A stretch of DNA of 64,000 nucleotides from an uncultured Lachnospiraceae bacterium (GTDB taxonomy: Bacteria > Bacillota > Clostridia > Lachnospirales > Lachnospiraceae), in assembly GCA_910586005.1 (NCBI GenBank), contig CAJUHG010000002.1, positions 36,362-100,361 of the forward strand. The letters are read 5' to 3'. The notes beneath the pieces were generated by a model. The model saw only the letters and a list, made by a program, of their open reading frames with translations. It was not told the DNA's origin and made no database searches. Positions 20,146-30,263 of this stretch are shown one piece after another; within the stretch, counting starts at the first letter, position 1; each line of letters opens with the position of its first letter. A program made the translations under genes and the position numbers.

Positions 20146-20310
20146 GACCCTGACTATCGGGTGGAACTTCCCTTGGAATTTTAGGAAGCAAAATTCAAGA
20201 GAACTCTTTCCTGTTGACGGAGAGCAGGGGTGCATAGATGAAATTATCATGTTTTGCATGATATGCACCCCTGTAAAATTTCCTATAAATCTTCACGCCT
20301 GCTTAGCAGG
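20146..20310. other. GC-richer multi-hairpin intergenic element between ptsH and ptsI
   Basis: Perfect 12-bp IR CAGGGGTGCATA/TATGCACCCCTG (20225-20273), plus stems at 20168-20203 and 20298-20310. Confidence 0.5.
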
Positions 20311-20362
20311 TACTATCGCCTAAGAAAATCAATTGTTATAAGTAGAGAGGAGGGTTTTATAT

Positions 20363-22027
20363 ATGGAAACATATAAAGGGAAAAGTGTATTTGGAGGTAT
20401 TGCCATTGGCAAATTACACATCTACAATAAGAAAAATTTGCAAGTGAAACGCAAGCATATTGAAACAGAAGAAATAGAGAGAGAAGTAGAACGCTTTCAT
20501 AAGGCAAGGGAAGATGCAATTGCGCAACTTGTGGAACTTTATGAAAAATCAATCTCTTCTGTAGGAACTTCAAATGCAGCCATTTTTGAAATTCATCAAA
20601 TGATGCTGCAAGATGATGATTATATTGAATCCACAGAAAATATGATACAAACGCAGCAAGTAAATGCTGAATATGCAGTGGCTATGACTAGTGATAATTT
20701 TGCAAGTATGTTTGCTGCAATGGAAGATGACTATATGAAAGGGCGTGCAGCAGATGTCCGTGATATTTCAGAAAGAGTATTGCTGATTTTAACTGGACAA
20801 GAATCTGATTGTATTGATACAGAAGAACCTGTGATTGTTGTGGCAGATGATTTAGCACCTAGTGAAACAGTTCAAATGGATAAATCCAAAGTTTTGTCTT
20901 TTGTTACAGTACATGGTTCTACCAATTCTCATACTGCAATTTTAGCAAGAACAATGGGGATTCCTGCACTGATTGGAACTCCCATTCCATTGGAGGATTC
21001 TATCAATGGAAAATTAGCAATTGTAGATGGTGATACAGGACAGATTTATGTGGAACCAGATGAAGAAACTTTTGCAATGATGCAAGAAAAATATAAAGTA
21101 ATTCAGACGAAAAAAGAACTGTTGCAGACATTAAAAGGTAAGGAAACAGTAACTTTAGATGGGCGTCGCATTATGCTTTATGCAAATATAGGTAATTATA
21201 AAGACTTATCTTTGGTATTAGAAAATGATGCGGAAGGAATTGGGCTATTTCGCAGTGAATTTTTATATTTAGAGGGTGATACTTATCCAACAGAAGAAGA
21301 ACAGTTAAAAATTTATCGTGCTGTAGCAGAAACAATGGCTGGGAAGCGTGTAATTATTCGTACGTTGGATATTGGCGCTGACAAACAAGCAGATTATTTT
21401 GAATTACCCAAAGAAGAAAATCCAGCGATGGGGTGTCGGGCAATTCGTATTTGTTTGACTAGGCCAGAAGTTTTTAAGACGCAACTTCGAGCACTATTTC
21501 GGGCAAGTGCTTTTGGTAAAATTGCAATTATGTATCCAATGATTACTTCTTTATCAGAAATTACTAAAATTAAAAATATTGTAGAAGAAGTAAAACAGGA
21601 ATTGACAGAAGCAGGTGTTCCTTTTGGCAATCCAGAACAAGGAATTATGATTGAAACACCAGCAGCAGTTATTATTAGTGATCAGTTGGCAAAAGAAGTA
21701 GATTTCTTTAGTATTGGAACAAATGATTTAACTCAATATACATTAGCAATTGATCGGCAAAATGCACAACTAGATGAATTTTATGATCCTCATCATCAAG
21801 CAATCTTGCGGATGATTGCAACAACAGTAGAAAATGCACATAAAGCAAATATCTGGTGTGGAATTTGTGGAGAACTTGGTGCAGACCCAGAGTTAAGTAA
21901 ATTATTTTTGTCTATTGGTATAGATGAATTAAGTATGTCCCCTGGAAATCTTTTATTTATTAGAAAAATAATTCGTGAAACAAATATATTAGAAGAGGGA
22001 GAAGCAATTAGAAAACAGTTTCTATAA
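20363..22027 (+). CDS. ptsI: PTS enzyme I (PEP-protein phosphotransferase)
   Basis: GSTNSHTAILAR (phospho-His), GIGLFRSE, RTLDIGADK, SIGTNDLTQY, GICGELG. Confidence 0.96.
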   Translation: METYKGKSVFGGIAIGKLHIYNKKNLQVKRKHIETEEIEREVERFHKAREDAIAQLVELYEKSISSVGTSNAAIFEIHQMMLQDDDYIESTENMIQTQQVNAEYAVAMTSDNFASMFAAMEDDYMKGRAADVRDISERVLLILTGQESDCIDTEEPVIVVADDLAPSETVQMDKSKVLSFVTVHGSTNSHTAILARTMGIPALIGTPIPLEDSINGKLAIVDGDTGQIYVEPDEETFAMMQEKYKVIQTKKELLQTLKGKETVTLDGRRIMLYANIGNYKDLSLVLENDAEGIGLFRSEFLYLEGDTYPTEEEQLKIYRAVAETMAGKRVIIRTLDIGADKQADYFELPKEENPAMGCRAIRICLTRPEVFKTQLRALFRASAFGKIAIMYPMITSLSEITKIKNIVEEVKQELTEAGVPFGNPEQGIMIETPAAVIISDQLAKEVDFFSIGTNDLTQYTLAIDRQNAQLDEFYDPHHQAILRMIATTVENAHKANIWCGICGELGADPELSKLFLSIGIDELSMSPGNLLFIRKIIRETNILEEGEAIRKQFL

Positions 22028-22035
22028 TAGTTCCC

Positions 22036-22075
22036 AAGGTGTATGATAAGAGAAATAATATCATACACCTTTTTT
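22036..22075 (+). terminator. Intrinsic terminator after ptsI
   Basis: AAGGTGTATGATA / TATCATACACCTT 13-bp stem plus T-tract. Confidence 0.85.
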
Positions 22076-22260
22076 ATATGATATACCTTTTTTTTGATTG
22101 TGTTGTAAATCGGGATGTGTTATACTATATGTATAAAAGCGAAAGCATTTGCCTGAAAAACTTCAAAGAAAAAAGGCATTTGCTATTATATTTTTGCGCA
22201 AAAATGCCGAAAAAACTAATAAAATATTATGCATGATGATGAAGCAAGGAGGAGTGAACT

Positions 22261-25200
22261 ATGTACAAAGAAATTGCCCGAAGGCTAATGGCACTGTTTT
22301 TGAGTATTTGTATGATTGCTGGTATGATAGATTTAACCAGTTTTACAGTACGGGCAGCAGGCTTGAGCTTTGAAGATGATGGCACAAACTGGTTTTTTGA
22401 ATATCCAGATATAGTAACCTATACAGGAGGCGCATTGGAGCCAAAAGTAACAATATATCCAGTAACAGATGGTGTCAAGGGGACACCATTAACAGAAGGA
22501 GCTCATTATAATCTTACATATTCCAATAATACGAACTTTGGGACAGGTACGATTACCATAGAAGGAATGGGAGATTATGCGGGAAGTTTAGTAACAGAAA
22601 CTTTTCAAATTCAGCGAAAGAATTTGTCGGGTAATGCAACTCTTGCTTCGATTGATACTCAAAAATATCATGGAGTTCCAGTAGTGCCTCAAATTACTGT
22701 GACAGATACAGATAGAAAAGTAGAGTTACAAGGAACTTATTCTACTTCTGCTGTGGCAGGTTATGATTATTATTATTCTATTGCTAATAATAATGGTCCA
22801 GGTACTGCAACCATACAAGTGACAGGATGTGGAAATTATACAGGAGCACTTACAGGAAGTTTTGAGATAGTAGCTCTTGAAGAGGCATTGTTAAACATTG
22901 ATATTAAACCTAGTGCTCCTTATTGGAATGGTTCAGAAATAGAACCAGCCGTAACTGTAACATATGATGGAACTTCACTGGTAGAGGGAACTGATTATAA
23001 CAAACAGTTTGCCAATAATGTGAAGGCTGGTACAGGTGCAACTGTAATTATAACAGGAATCAATGATTATGCTGGTTTGGAGAAAACAGCAACATTTACA
23101 ATTTTAAAACGATTTAATAGAGATCCAATTAATGTAGACCCTATTGATCCTCAGCCATATACAGGACAGCAGGTAACTTTAAAACCAGAACAAATTAAAG
23201 TATATGATCCAGATTATGATGCACCTTTAAGACCTGTGGATGAGAATGGGGAAGGAGATTATGAAATCTCTGGACATGGTGCTAATATCAACAAAGGGGA
23301 AGGCGCCGGAACCGTAACGATTCGAGGATTAGGTGCTTATAGTGGTACCAAAACGATTACTTTTGATATTGTATCAGCAGATATGAGTAATGTGGATATA
23401 AATGTGGATGATACGGACTGTATCTATGATGGTACAGGTAAAGTACCAAAGGTTACTGTAAGTAGTGGTACAGTTATTTATGAGATAAATAAAGACTATA
23501 CCATAAAAACCAGTAATGATGCAAATGCTGGTACAAATACAGCAATACTTACAGTAAGTCCTGTACTTGGAGGAAAATTAGATGGGCAACCTCGTACCTT
23601 GAATTATACCATTCATCCAAGACCTTTATCTGATCCTGAAGTTACAATGGAGCTTGTAAATTATATACCTGAAGTATACAATGGAAGTGAAGTTCGTCCA
23701 AATGTAAAGCTTGCTTATAAAGGCAGTACTTTATCAACTCCATCAAATTATACGATAGGTTATACAAATAATACCAATGCTGGTGTGGCTACAGTAACAG
23801 CTACAGGTGCTGGAAACTTTACTGGAACAAAATCTTTAACTTTTACGATTGAAGCTGCAAGTTTAGATAATGCAGTGATATCAGATGTTCCAGATCAGAC
23901 TTATAGTGGTTCTCCTATAGAGATGAATGTTACTATAACCGTGAATGGGCGTAGATTGAATCGCTACAATGCTGCAACTCAGGAAGGTGACTATGAATTA
24001 TCCTATGTAAATAATACAAATGTAGGGACAGCAACTATTACAATCACTGGAAAAAATAATTACAAGGGAACTAAAACAAAAGAATTTAAGATATTACCTA
24101 GGGAACTTACCGCAGGTATGATTGTCAATATTGCTCCTCAAGTTTATACAGGAAATGTGATAGAACCAGAGTTGACAATTAAATACAATGGAAAAGATTT
24201 GATTAAGGATACAGATTATACAGTAAGTTATGGTGGAGAAGATACTAATAAAAATGTAGGTACCAATACAGCAGTGGTTCGCGTAGAAGCTGTGCCAGGT
24301 GGTAACTTTACAACAAGTAAACCGGTAGAGAAAAATTTTAGTATTACTGCTCGTAATCTAGCAACAGGGGATTACCTTCATGCTACAAATTTGGAAGAAA
24401 GTTATGTGCATACTGGATCACCAATTACAGAAGCAGGATTAACCATAGAGTATATAAAAATAGATGAAGGAATGAATCAGACACTAGCACTTAATAAAGA
24501 CTATACGCTGAAATATAAAGATAATATAGAGATTGGAACTGCTAGTATTGAAGTCACTGGAAATGGAAATTACAGTGGCACTAAAACCTTTACCTTCCGT
24601 ATTAAAGGAAGTTTGGCAAATGAGAGTATGACAAAGGTTACCATTCCTCCTCAAGTTTACACCGGACATCCTGTTACGGCTACTGGTCATGAAAATGAAG
24701 AAGAAAATATGACTGTAACCTATAATGGAAAAGCATTGACAGAAGGAAAAGATTTTACAGTAACATATACTAATAATACAGAGGTTGGTGAATTAAGTGC
24801 TCAGGCAGTAATTACTGGTCAGGGTGATTATCAGGACAGCACAGGAGTTATTTATTTTACCATTAAGAAGAAAAATTTAGATACTGTTACAGAAGATAGC
24901 AAAGACTTTATAATCAATGGAATTCCAGCAGATGGATTTGTATATTCTGGATATAAAATTGATCCACAAATAGAGGTTGTTTATCATGATATTACATTGG
25001 TAAAAGATACTGATTATACTTTAGAGTATGGTGATAATACAGAGGTAGGAGAGGGAAGTATCACCTTGAAAGGTTTAGATCCTCACTTTGAAGGCACTCA
25101 TGTGCGTAAATTTACCATTCATCCATATGATATTGAAGCTGGAGAAAGTAATTCTAAACTGGAAATACGTGGCTTGGTATCAGAAGTTATATTAGATAAT

Positions 25201-28200
25201 ATAGACACAACAAATGGTGTTACATTAGATGGAGATAAGGTTGTTCAGACAGATTTATCTGTATGGTATACCCCAGTAAATGTAATAGATGGTTCAGAAG
25301 GAACACCTAGAGAATTAAATTTAACAGATGAATATACCATTTCTTATGAGGCAAATGATAAAATTGGAGTTGCCAAAGTAATATTTGAAGGAAAAGGAAA
25401 CTTTGGTGGAAAGATTGAAAAGCCTTTTGCAATCAAAGGTGATTTAGCGAATGAGGAAAGCACCAAGATTGCAGATATTCCAGATTATCCTTATACACCT
25501 TCTGCAACTAGTGAACCTGCAAATAGACCAGAGCCAGAAGTAACTTATCGTGGAGAGAAACTGGAAGCAGAGACAGATTATACTGTTTCTTATGAGAACA
25601 ATGAAAATGTTGGAGATACAGCAACTGTAAAAGTTACAGCAAATCCAGATGGCAATTATGTAAATGAAGCGACAAAGACCTTTAAGATTGTACATCGAGT
25701 ATTGTCTCAGGAGGACCCAGATATTACGATTGAAGGACTAGATCCAGATGGTTATGAATATACTGGAGAAGAGATTACTCCAGAACTTACCATTCAATGT
25801 AAAGGAGTGGCTCTCGTAGAAGGCAGAGATTATACTATTACAGCCGAAAATAATATAGAGGTACCAGAATTAGAAGTAGGGGATGGTGTACCAGTGCTTC
25901 CAACTGTTATTATTGCTGCGATAGATGGAAGTAATTATAAGGGTGAAATTCGATTACCTTTTACTATTAAGCCAAGACAGATTAATGAAAATACGATTCG
26001 CGTTGACAATGTAGAGGAAGAATATGACTATGACAATGGAAACCCAATTGTTGTTCCAGATGACCCAGATAATCCAGATGATGGTGTAATTGTTACCTAT
26101 ATCAAGGATGGTAAAGAAGAAAGATTGATAAAAGATCAAGATTATACCTTAGAATATATTGATAATGTTCAAATTGGGGAAGCAACTATTAAAATTACAG
26201 GTATTAACAATTATGAGGGAACATTAGATAAGACCTTCCGTATTATGGCAAATTTGGAAGATGGTCTAAGAGATGGATATATCACATTGGATTATGAAGA
26301 AGAAGTGGGATATGGAATTATAGCAGTGTATCCAGAATTGATATTCACAGATCTTACTGCAGAGGAACCAAAAATTTTGGGAGAAGAAGATTTTGAACTT
26401 GTACCAGAAAAATGTCAAAATAATATTCATGTAGCAAATAAAGATTCAGAGAATCCACCTACTATGGTAATTCGCGGAATTGGATGTTACAGAGGAGAAG
26501 TTACAATTACCTATACAATTGTGCCAAAAGATTTATCCACAGATGAAGAAGATATTACAGCATCTTTTGCTGGAAGTATTAACAATGAAACTTATACAAA
26601 TGCATATGAATATACTGGAAGTCCTATAGAACCTACAATTACAGTGTTTAATCATGGACAGCAAATGGGAAAAGATACTGATTATATTATTTCAGGTTAT
26701 GTAAACAATACAAACGTTCCTCCAAAAGATGCAGAAGATGACCAACGCCCTGGTGTAATTATCACAGCAGTGGAGAACGGAAATTATGTTGGTAGCAAAG
26801 TAATGTATTTTGATATTATTCCTAGGTCTATAAGTAATATGAAAATAGACATAATAGATGGAACACAAACCTTCAATCGTAAGGAAAAGAGACCAGCTAT
26901 TGAATTGTATTATATGGCAGGTGGAGAAAGAACAGTAGTTCCAACAAATAACTATGATATCGAATACACGAACAATATTGTTGCAGCGACAAACAGAGAC
27001 CAGAATGCACCTACGATTAAAATTACTGGAAAAGGAAATTATGGAGGTGAACTTACACAAACCTTTACCATTGAGCCTGAAGATATTGCAAGTGATGACA
27101 TTATTATTACCAGCTCAGGTGCAATTTATACTGGGGAACCTGTTACTACAACTTTTAAAATCAAAGCAAAGGATGGTACAGAGCTAGTAGAAGGAACAGA
27201 TTATACGATTGGTAAGTATTCTGATAATACAATGGTAGGAACTGGGTATGCAGAAATCAGCGGAATTGGCAATTATACTGGAACATGTAAAGCGGAATTT
27301 AGTATTTTGCCAGCGGAAGGTGATTTTGTAATTGAAAACATACCAGATCAAGTATACAATACCAAGGCGATTTCTCCTAAATTAAATGTGACCTTGAATA
27401 TTGATGGTGGAAAATTAAGTATTCCACTTACCGAAGGTCAACATTACAAAGCAACATATTCCAATAATATCAATGCTGGAACAGCATCTGTTAAGATTGT
27501 GGGTATCAATAATTTTAAAGGAGAAAAGACAGCACAGTTTAAGATTGTCAAAAAGAGTATTGGAACTTCTGCTGGAATAGATGCAAATATGGTATTAGGA
27601 GCTATTGCAAATCAGCAGTATAATGGCAAAGGTATCATACCTAAAGTAGAGCTTGCTTTTAGAAATCCAGCTGAGCAAATAAACAGTCAGTTAGTAGTAG
27701 GAAAGGATTATAGAGTTTCTTGTACTAACAATGTAGCAGTGGGAACTGCAACAGCTACAATTACAGGTATCAATAATTATACAGGTACAATAAAAACTAC
27801 TTTCAAGATTCTAGGAAATATGAATTTGGCAACTGTTACAAAAATTCCTGTCCAGGATTATACAGGAAAACCAGTAACACCAGTACCACAAGTAAGTTTT
27901 GCTGGAAAAAAATTAAAAGAGGGAGCAGGAAACGACTATACCTTAGAATATAAGAATAATATAGAACGTGGAACTGCATCTATTATTATTACTGGTACCG
28001 GAACTTGGTATACTGGAAGAAAAACAGTTACTTTTGATATTGCAAGAGAATTTTCAAAGGCTACCTCTGTTCGTGGTGTTGCTTCTGCTTATGTTTATAC
28101 GGGTTCAGCAATTAAACCATCTGTTAGAGTAGAGGATAATGGAACTGTTTTGACAAAGGGAACAGATTATAAAGTAACATACAGCAAGAATACCAATGTA

Positions 28201-29046
28201 GGAACAGCGACAATTACTGTTACAGGAATTAATAAGTACCGTGGAACAAAAAAAGTTACTTTTAAAATTACACCTCAGCAGCTTGGGCGTGCTTCCATAA
28301 CAAATTTGAAAAACTTGGATTATAGTGGCAAGGCAAAAACACCAAAGCTAAAAGTTGTGGTTGGTAACAAGACACTGAAATTAGATAGAGATTATACAGC
28401 AGTGTATGTAAATAACAAGAAACCTGGAAAGGCAAGTGTTATTATTAAAGGAAAAGGTAACTATACCGGAACGAAAAAGGATAACTTTAATATTGTAATA
28501 CCAAAAGTGACAAATGTAAAAGTATCAAAATACACAAGTACCAGTGCTACTATCTCTTGGAAAAAGAATAGTGCCGTAACAGGATATGAGATTTATAATT
28601 CTAGAAATGAGAGGTTAGTAAGAGCAACAAAAGCCAGCACTATAAAAGCTACTGTAAATAAATTGAAATCAGCAACAACAAGCACCTTCAAAGTAAGAGC
28701 ATATGTGAGAAGTGGTGGACAATATTATTATGGTCCTTTTGTAAAGATTAATGCAACTACTGGTCCAAAAGCAACAAAGATTACGAGTCTTACTTCTAAG
28801 AAGTCCAAACAAGTGGCTATTAAGTGGAGCAGTATAAAAGGTGCAAATAAGTATGATATTTACCGAAGTACAAGTGCAAGAGGCAAATTTAAGAAAATTG
28901 GAACTAGTAAAAAGACTTCCTACACAGATAAAAAGGCAACAAATGGTAAGAAATATTACTATAAAATTCGTGTATGGAAGAAGATAGGTAAAAAGAATTA
29001 CTATAGTGATTATTCAACCGTACAATCAATAAAAGCGAAAAAATAG
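22261..29046 (+). CDS. Giant secreted surface protein: ~24 MBG-like beta-repeats plus two C-terminal FN3-like domains
   Basis: Signal peptide; recurring YTG...P.V.V...G..L.EG.DY...Y.NN...G.A...I.G.GNY.G units (about 24 by eye); Lys-rich FN3-like tail (W......GY.IY.S, Y.Y.IR). Confidence 0.85.
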   Translation: MYKEIARRLMALFLSICMIAGMIDLTSFTVRAAGLSFEDDGTNWFFEYPDIVTYTGGALEPKVTIYPVTDGVKGTPLTEGAHYNLTYSNNTNFGTGTITIEGMGDYAGSLVTETFQIQRKNLSGNATLASIDTQKYHGVPVVPQITVTDTDRKVELQGTYSTSAVAGYDYYYSIANNNGPGTATIQVTGCGNYTGALTGSFEIVALEEALLNIDIKPSAPYWNGSEIEPAVTVTYDGTSLVEGTDYNKQFANNVKAGTGATVIITGINDYAGLEKTATFTILKRFNRDPINVDPIDPQPYTGQQVTLKPEQIKVYDPDYDAPLRPVDENGEGDYEISGHGANINKGEGAGTVTIRGLGAYSGTKTITFDIVSADMSNVDINVDDTDCIYDGTGKVPKVTVSSGTVIYEINKDYTIKTSNDANAGTNTAILTVSPVLGGKLDGQPRTLNYTIHPRPLSDPEVTMELVNYIPEVYNGSEVRPNVKLAYKGSTLSTPSNYTIGYTNNTNAGVATVTATGAGNFTGTKSLTFTIEAASLDNAVISDVPDQTYSGSPIEMNVTITVNGRRLNRYNAATQEGDYELSYVNNTNVGTATITITGKNNYKGTKTKEFKILPRELTAGMIVNIAPQVYTGNVIEPELTIKYNGKDLIKDTDYTVSYGGEDTNKNVGTNTAVVRVEAVPGGNFTTSKPVEKNFSITARNLATGDYLHATNLEESYVHTGSPITEAGLTIEYIKIDEGMNQTLALNKDYTLKYKDNIEIGTASIEVTGNGNYSGTKTFTFRIKGSLANESMTKVTIPPQVYTGHPVTATGHENEEENMTVTYNGKALTEGKDFTVTYTNNTEVGELSAQAVITGQGDYQDSTGVIYFTIKKKNLDTVTEDSKDFIINGIPADGFVYSGYKIDPQIEVVYHDITLVKDTDYTLEYGDNTEVGEGSITLKGLDPHFEGTHVRKFTIHPYDIEAGESNSKLEIRGLVSEVILDNIDTTNGVTLDGDKVVQTDLSVWYTPVNVIDGSEGTPRELNLTDEYTISYEANDKIGVAKVIFEGKGNFGGKIEKPFAIKGDLANEESTKIADIPDYPYTPSATSEPANRPEPEVTYRGEKLEAETDYTVSYENNENVGDTATVKVTANPDGNYVNEATKTFKIVHRVLSQEDPDITIEGLDPDGYEYTGEEITPELTIQCKGVALVEGRDYTITAENNIEVPELEVGDGVPVLPTVIIAAIDGSNYKGEIRLPFTIKPRQINENTIRVDNVEEEYDYDNGNPIVVPDDPDNPDDGVIVTYIKDGKEERLIKDQDYTLEYIDNVQIGEATIKITGINNYEGTLDKTFRIMANLEDGLRDGYITLDYEEEVGYGIIAVYPELIFTDLTAEEPKILGEEDFELVPEKCQNNIHVANKDSENPPTMVIRGIGCYRGEVTITYTIVPKDLSTDEEDITASFAGSINNETYTNAYEYTGSPIEPTITVFNHGQQMGKDTDYIISGYVNNTNVPPKDAEDDQRPGVIITAVENGNYVGSKVMYFDIIPRSISNMKIDIIDGTQTFNRKEKRPAIELYYMAGGERTVVPTNNYDIEYTNNIVAATNRDQNAPTIKITGKGNYGGELTQTFTIEPEDIASDDIIITSSGAIYTGEPVTTTFKIKAKDGTELVEGTDYTIGKYSDNTMVGTGYAEISGIGNYTGTCKAEFSILPAEGDFVIENIPDQVYNTKAISPKLNVTLNIDGGKLSIPLTEGQHYKATYSNNINAGTASVKIVGINNFKGEKTAQFKIVKKSIGTSAGIDANMVLGAIANQQYNGKGIIPKVELAFRNPAEQINSQLVVGKDYRVSCTNNVAVGTATATITGINNYTGTIKTTFKILGNMNLATVTKIPVQDYTGKPVTPVPQVSFAGKKLKEGAGNDYTLEYKNNIERGTASIIITGTGTWYTGRKTVTFDIAREFSKATSVRGVASAYVYTGSAIKPSVRVEDNGTVLTKGTDYKVTYSKNTNVGTATITVTGINKYRGTKKVTFKITPQQLGRASITNLKNLDYSGKAKTPKLKVVVGNKTLKLDRDYTAVYVNNKKPGKASVIIKGKGNYTGTKKDNFNIVIPKVTNVKVSKYTSTSATISWKKNSAVTGYEIYNSRNERLVRATKASTIKATVNKLKSATTSTFKVRAYVRSGGQYYYGPFVKINATTGPKATKITSLTSKKSKQVAIKWSSIKGANKYDIYRSTSARGKFKKIGTSKKTSYTDKKATNGKKYYYKIRVWKKIGKKNYYSDYSTVQSIKAKK

Positions 29047-29072
29047 CAGGATGAAGAAAGGAAATTGATACC

Positions 29073-30227
29073 ATGAGCAGAGTATATTGTATTGGAAAAT
29101 TCCAATTTGATTCCTATGAGGAATATCAGGCGGCATTAGATGATATAGAAAAAATCAGATATATCTCAAAAAAAATGGATATCAATGAACCTGGAGTGGC
29201 TCAAAGACTTTATTCACTGATACGTGAGGGGAAGATTATTTTTAGAAGTGTAGTTGGTGATGATTATCTTTTATACCTCTCAGATATGGTGGCTGAAGAC
29301 TATAAAGTCATATCCAGGCCCTCCTTCACCGGGCACATTACACATAAGCTAAAACGAGTGTCGCCCGGCCAGGTAATAGGTGCAATTTGCATGGCAGGTG
29401 CGGTTGTGTGTTTTCTGGTATTCTTGGGAAGTGAATACCATGACCAGCAAAAGATTAGAGAGCTGGAAAAATTAAAGAATGACCAGGAAATTTCCGTGGC
29501 GTCAGATTGGCTTTCTGCTAAATTTATAGAAGTTATAAGAGAAGATAAGGAAGAGGAGCCATTGTTAGCGCAGACGGAGACGGTGGAGAATGAGAAATAT
29601 GGTGCCAATCTTGCACAGGAGGAACTGCCAGAGGGAGTATGGGTTTTGCCAGAATATCAAAAACTATATGAACAAAATTCTGATTTTGCAGGGTGGATTA
29701 CCATAGAGGGAACTCAGATTGACTATCCAGTGATGCAGGCGGTAGCAGAAAGTAGAGATTTTTATTTAGATCATAACTTTGATGGAAAAGAGGATATCAA
29801 TGGATCGATTTTTCTGGATTCCAGAAATAATTTTGAAGATCAGGATGACAACCTGATTGTGTATGGGCATAATATGAAGAGCGGGATGATGTTTGGGAGC
29901 TTAAAGGAGTATTTAGATCCAAGTTTCTGGAGAGAACATAAGACCATTAATTTTAATACAATCTATGAAAAAGCAGAATATGAGATTGTAGCAGTTTGTC
30001 TTTCGAAAGTGGCTGATGAAGGCGAAAAAGGATTCCGTTATTATGATTTTATCAATGCTGGAAATAAAGAAAATTTCAACCACTATATAGAGAAAATCAA
30101 AGGGATGAATATTTTAGATGAGGACATAAACATTTCCTATGGAGATAAATTATTAACACTTTCAACCTGCAATAATTATACGGAAGACGGAAGGTTATTT
30201 TTGGTGGCCAAGAAGTGCTCCTTGTAG
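29073..30227 (+). CDS. srtB: Class B sortase with N-terminal cytoplasmic extension
   Basis: GWITIEGTQIDYPVMQ, YGHNMKSGMMFG, LTLSTC catalytic motif, GR. Confidence 0.9.
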   Translation: MSRVYCIGKFQFDSYEEYQAALDDIEKIRYISKKMDINEPGVAQRLYSLIREGKIIFRSVVGDDYLLYLSDMVAEDYKVISRPSFTGHITHKLKRVSPGQVIGAICMAGAVVCFLVFLGSEYHDQQKIRELEKLKNDQEISVASDWLSAKFIEVIREDKEEEPLLAQTETVENEKYGANLAQEELPEGVWVLPEYQKLYEQNSDFAGWITIEGTQIDYPVMQAVAESRDFYLDHNFDGKEDINGSIFLDSRNNFEDQDDNLIVYGHNMKSGMMFGSLKEYLDPSFWREHKTINFNTIYEKAEYEIVAVCLSKVADEGEKGFRYYDFINAGNKENFNHYIEKIKGMNILDEDINISYGDKLLTLSTCNNYTEDGRLFLVAKKCSL

Positions 30228-30263
30228 TAGCACATACACCAGTAGTTCAAGGAGGACAAGAGA

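Noticed and set aside
22039..22373. ORFs 22039-22236 and 22149-22373
   Set aside because: They overlap a terminator, a promoter and the giant gene's start, and have no RBS.
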